From an uncultured virus (IMG/VR IMGVR_UViG_3300024999_000005) (taxonomy: Duplodnaviria; Heunggongvirae; Uroviricota; Caudoviricetes), in the IMG/VR virus record IMGVR_UViG_3300024999_000005: a stretch of 64,000 nucleotides of DNA. One strand, given 5' to 3'. The position numbers and the translations under genes are program-made. The notes below the pieces were generated by a model. That model had not been told where the DNA came from and did not search any database. It worked only from the letters and a program-made list of their open reading frames with translations. This document shows, one piece after another, positions 62,617 through 64,000 of the stretch. Within the stretch, counting starts at the first letter, position 1. Each line of letters begins with the position of its first letter.

Positions 62617-64000
62617 TTAGACCACCCCCACAGACATTTTACCGGTATTGCGCCTCTTATCACGGATCATTTGCTCATATTTATGAGCTATAAGGGGCAT
62701 GGCTTTTTTGACTACCGCTTGCGCTATGTCATCTGCACTTTGTTCAGGACTTGCTTGTATGACTATTGCTCCTGACTCGATCTTAATTGAAGGTACACTA
62801 CCACCATTGCCATGGGAATTTACTGTAATGGTTTGCGCTGTCTGTGTCATTTCCTGAGCTATTGGCATATTCCCTTGATTTGCGCCCAAGATGTTTCTAA
62901 TGCTTCTTATCGGAGAGAGAGCGCCAAGAATATGACCTGTCTTCTCCCAAAGAGACAGTGCCCTGTTTCTGTTATTTGACAGTGGTATAATAGACTCAGG
63001 GCCTTCCTCACCGACATATGCCAGGTGCTTTTGATTGATTATGCCCCCGGTTGCATATCCGACGTATTTCCCACCACTCCGGAACAAGGGCGTATTATAA
63101 ACACTGCCATAACGGCCTTTGATGTAATTTATAGCAGCTGCAGCATTATGCACCGGGTTATTGATGTCACCCATGCCTGGTGCAGCGTTTGCTCTAAAAG
63201 TACTGGGCAATGTCTGCAGTAATCCTGTAGCGTGCTCCTTCCCAACAGGCGTAGAGTTGACAACAGTAGGATTTCCGCCTGATTCTGCAGCAACCAATCT
63301 TTGCAGGCCTGGCAACCATGACTGAGATGTTCCTGTTAAAGCTAGTGCCGCTGATAGCCACTGCGTAACGTTACCGCTGACTGCGCCACCACCACTAAGC
63401 ACACCGCCCAAGGCACTTGGAATATCGCCAAAAATATCAGTTGCCATGCCCTTTAAGTCATTTGCCTTTAGTCCGTTAATCAGGCCCTGAATCATATTAA
63501 TGCCGATGCCATGAAAAACGGTTGAAGGCGATTGAATACCAAACGATGCCTTAACCGTGCCGATAACCTTGTCTGCCAGACTCTTTGCTGCCGAAGTCAC
63601 ACCTTCTGAGCCACTACTTATTCCTGCTGCCAAGTTATGCGCCACACCAAGTCCAAGAGTATTCATCTGCTCCGCTGTCGGCAGGTTACTCTTAACTGTC
63701 TCTGTCACTCTTTTGACCGCGTCAGCAACCTTAGGCAGTCCACTGTCTATTCCCTTAGCGTATTCGGCAGATGTATTATTGCCAAGCTCCGGCATTTGCT
63801 TGTTGACCTGGTTAGTTAGCCCGTTAACATCAAGGTTGGCAGGAACGTTTAGGTCGGGCACTTTAGTTCCGCCTATTGCCGCTACCTGCTTATTTAACTC
63901 TTCTGTGTTAACATTTGCCGGTACCGATAAATCTGGCACACCACCGGCATTCAGTGCCGCTACTTGCTTTTCAATGTCTCCAACGTCAAGACTTGTGGGT
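62617..64000 (-). CDS. Tape measure protein, C-terminal part, with SLT lytic transglycosylase domain (5' end outside window)
   Basis: Frame open to the window edge; FGI.SPS; AESGGNP..GLLQ..STF; YI..RYG; YATGG. Confidence 0.92.
   Translation of the reverse strand, partial: PTSLDVGDIEKQVAALNAGGVPDLSVPANVNTEELNKQVAAIGGTKVPDLNVPANLDVNGLTNQVNKQMPELGNNTSAEYAKGIDSGLPKVADAVKRVTETVKSNLPTAEQMNTLGLGVAHNLAAGISSGSEGVTSAAKSLADKVIGTVKASFGIQSPSTVFHGIGINMIQGLINGLKANDLKGMATDIFGDIPSALGGVLSGGGAVSGNVTQWLSAALALTGTSQSWLPGLQRLVAAESGGNPTVVNSTPVGKEHATGLLQTLPSTFRANAAPGMGDINNPVHNAAAAINYIKGRYGSVYNTPLFRSGGKYVGYATGGIINQKHLAYVGEEGPESIIPLSNNRNRALSLWEKTGHILGALSPIRSIRNILGANQGNMPIAQEMTQTAQTITVNSHGNGGSVPSIKIESGAIVIQASPEQSADDIAQAVVKKAMPLIAHKYEQMIRDKRRNTGKMSVGVV

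Overview
The whole 64-kb window reads as part of one large temperate contractile-tailed (myovirus-like) phage of a spore-forming Firmicute; a Clostridia/Peptococcaceae-like host is inferred from RBS usage, sigma-factor motifs and gene families. It appears to be the excised/circular form, because an intact attP-like site sits between the integrase and the lysis-side cargo and no host housekeeping genes are present. On the minus strand from 64000 leftwards: tape measure, baseplate and tail-fibre genes and a lysis cassette (49.3-64 kb); a ~22-kb accessory region (27.3-49 kb); attP and a complete tRNA-Pro(CGG); a plus-strand lysogeny module with CI, ImmA, two lipoproteins and a large serine integrase (22.8-27 kb); and a long early/replication operon with Cro, an SMC-like ATPase, UvrD, a DpdA-like transglycosylase, three methyltransferases, a DnaD-type initiator and DnaB (1-22.7 kb). 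Main highlights: (1) a strongly promoted ~9-kb candidate anti-defence operon with a Csx3/Crn3-like ring-nuclease fusion directly beside an Acb2/Tad1-like nucleotide sponge, followed by a SNF2-DUF3440-GNAT-ParB module and preceded by an Aca-like regulator that shares a 12-bp operator; (2) a serine-integrase attP whose core mimics a tRNA D-loop, next to a full tRNA with an altered D-loop that could replace the target; (3) a pilin-like/VirB4-like ATPase module and an unannotated structured sRNA among forespore sigma-F/G-type promoters, plus Spo0E- and Cse60-like small genes; (4) several disrupted modification genes. All family calls come from motif recognition by eye, not database searches.
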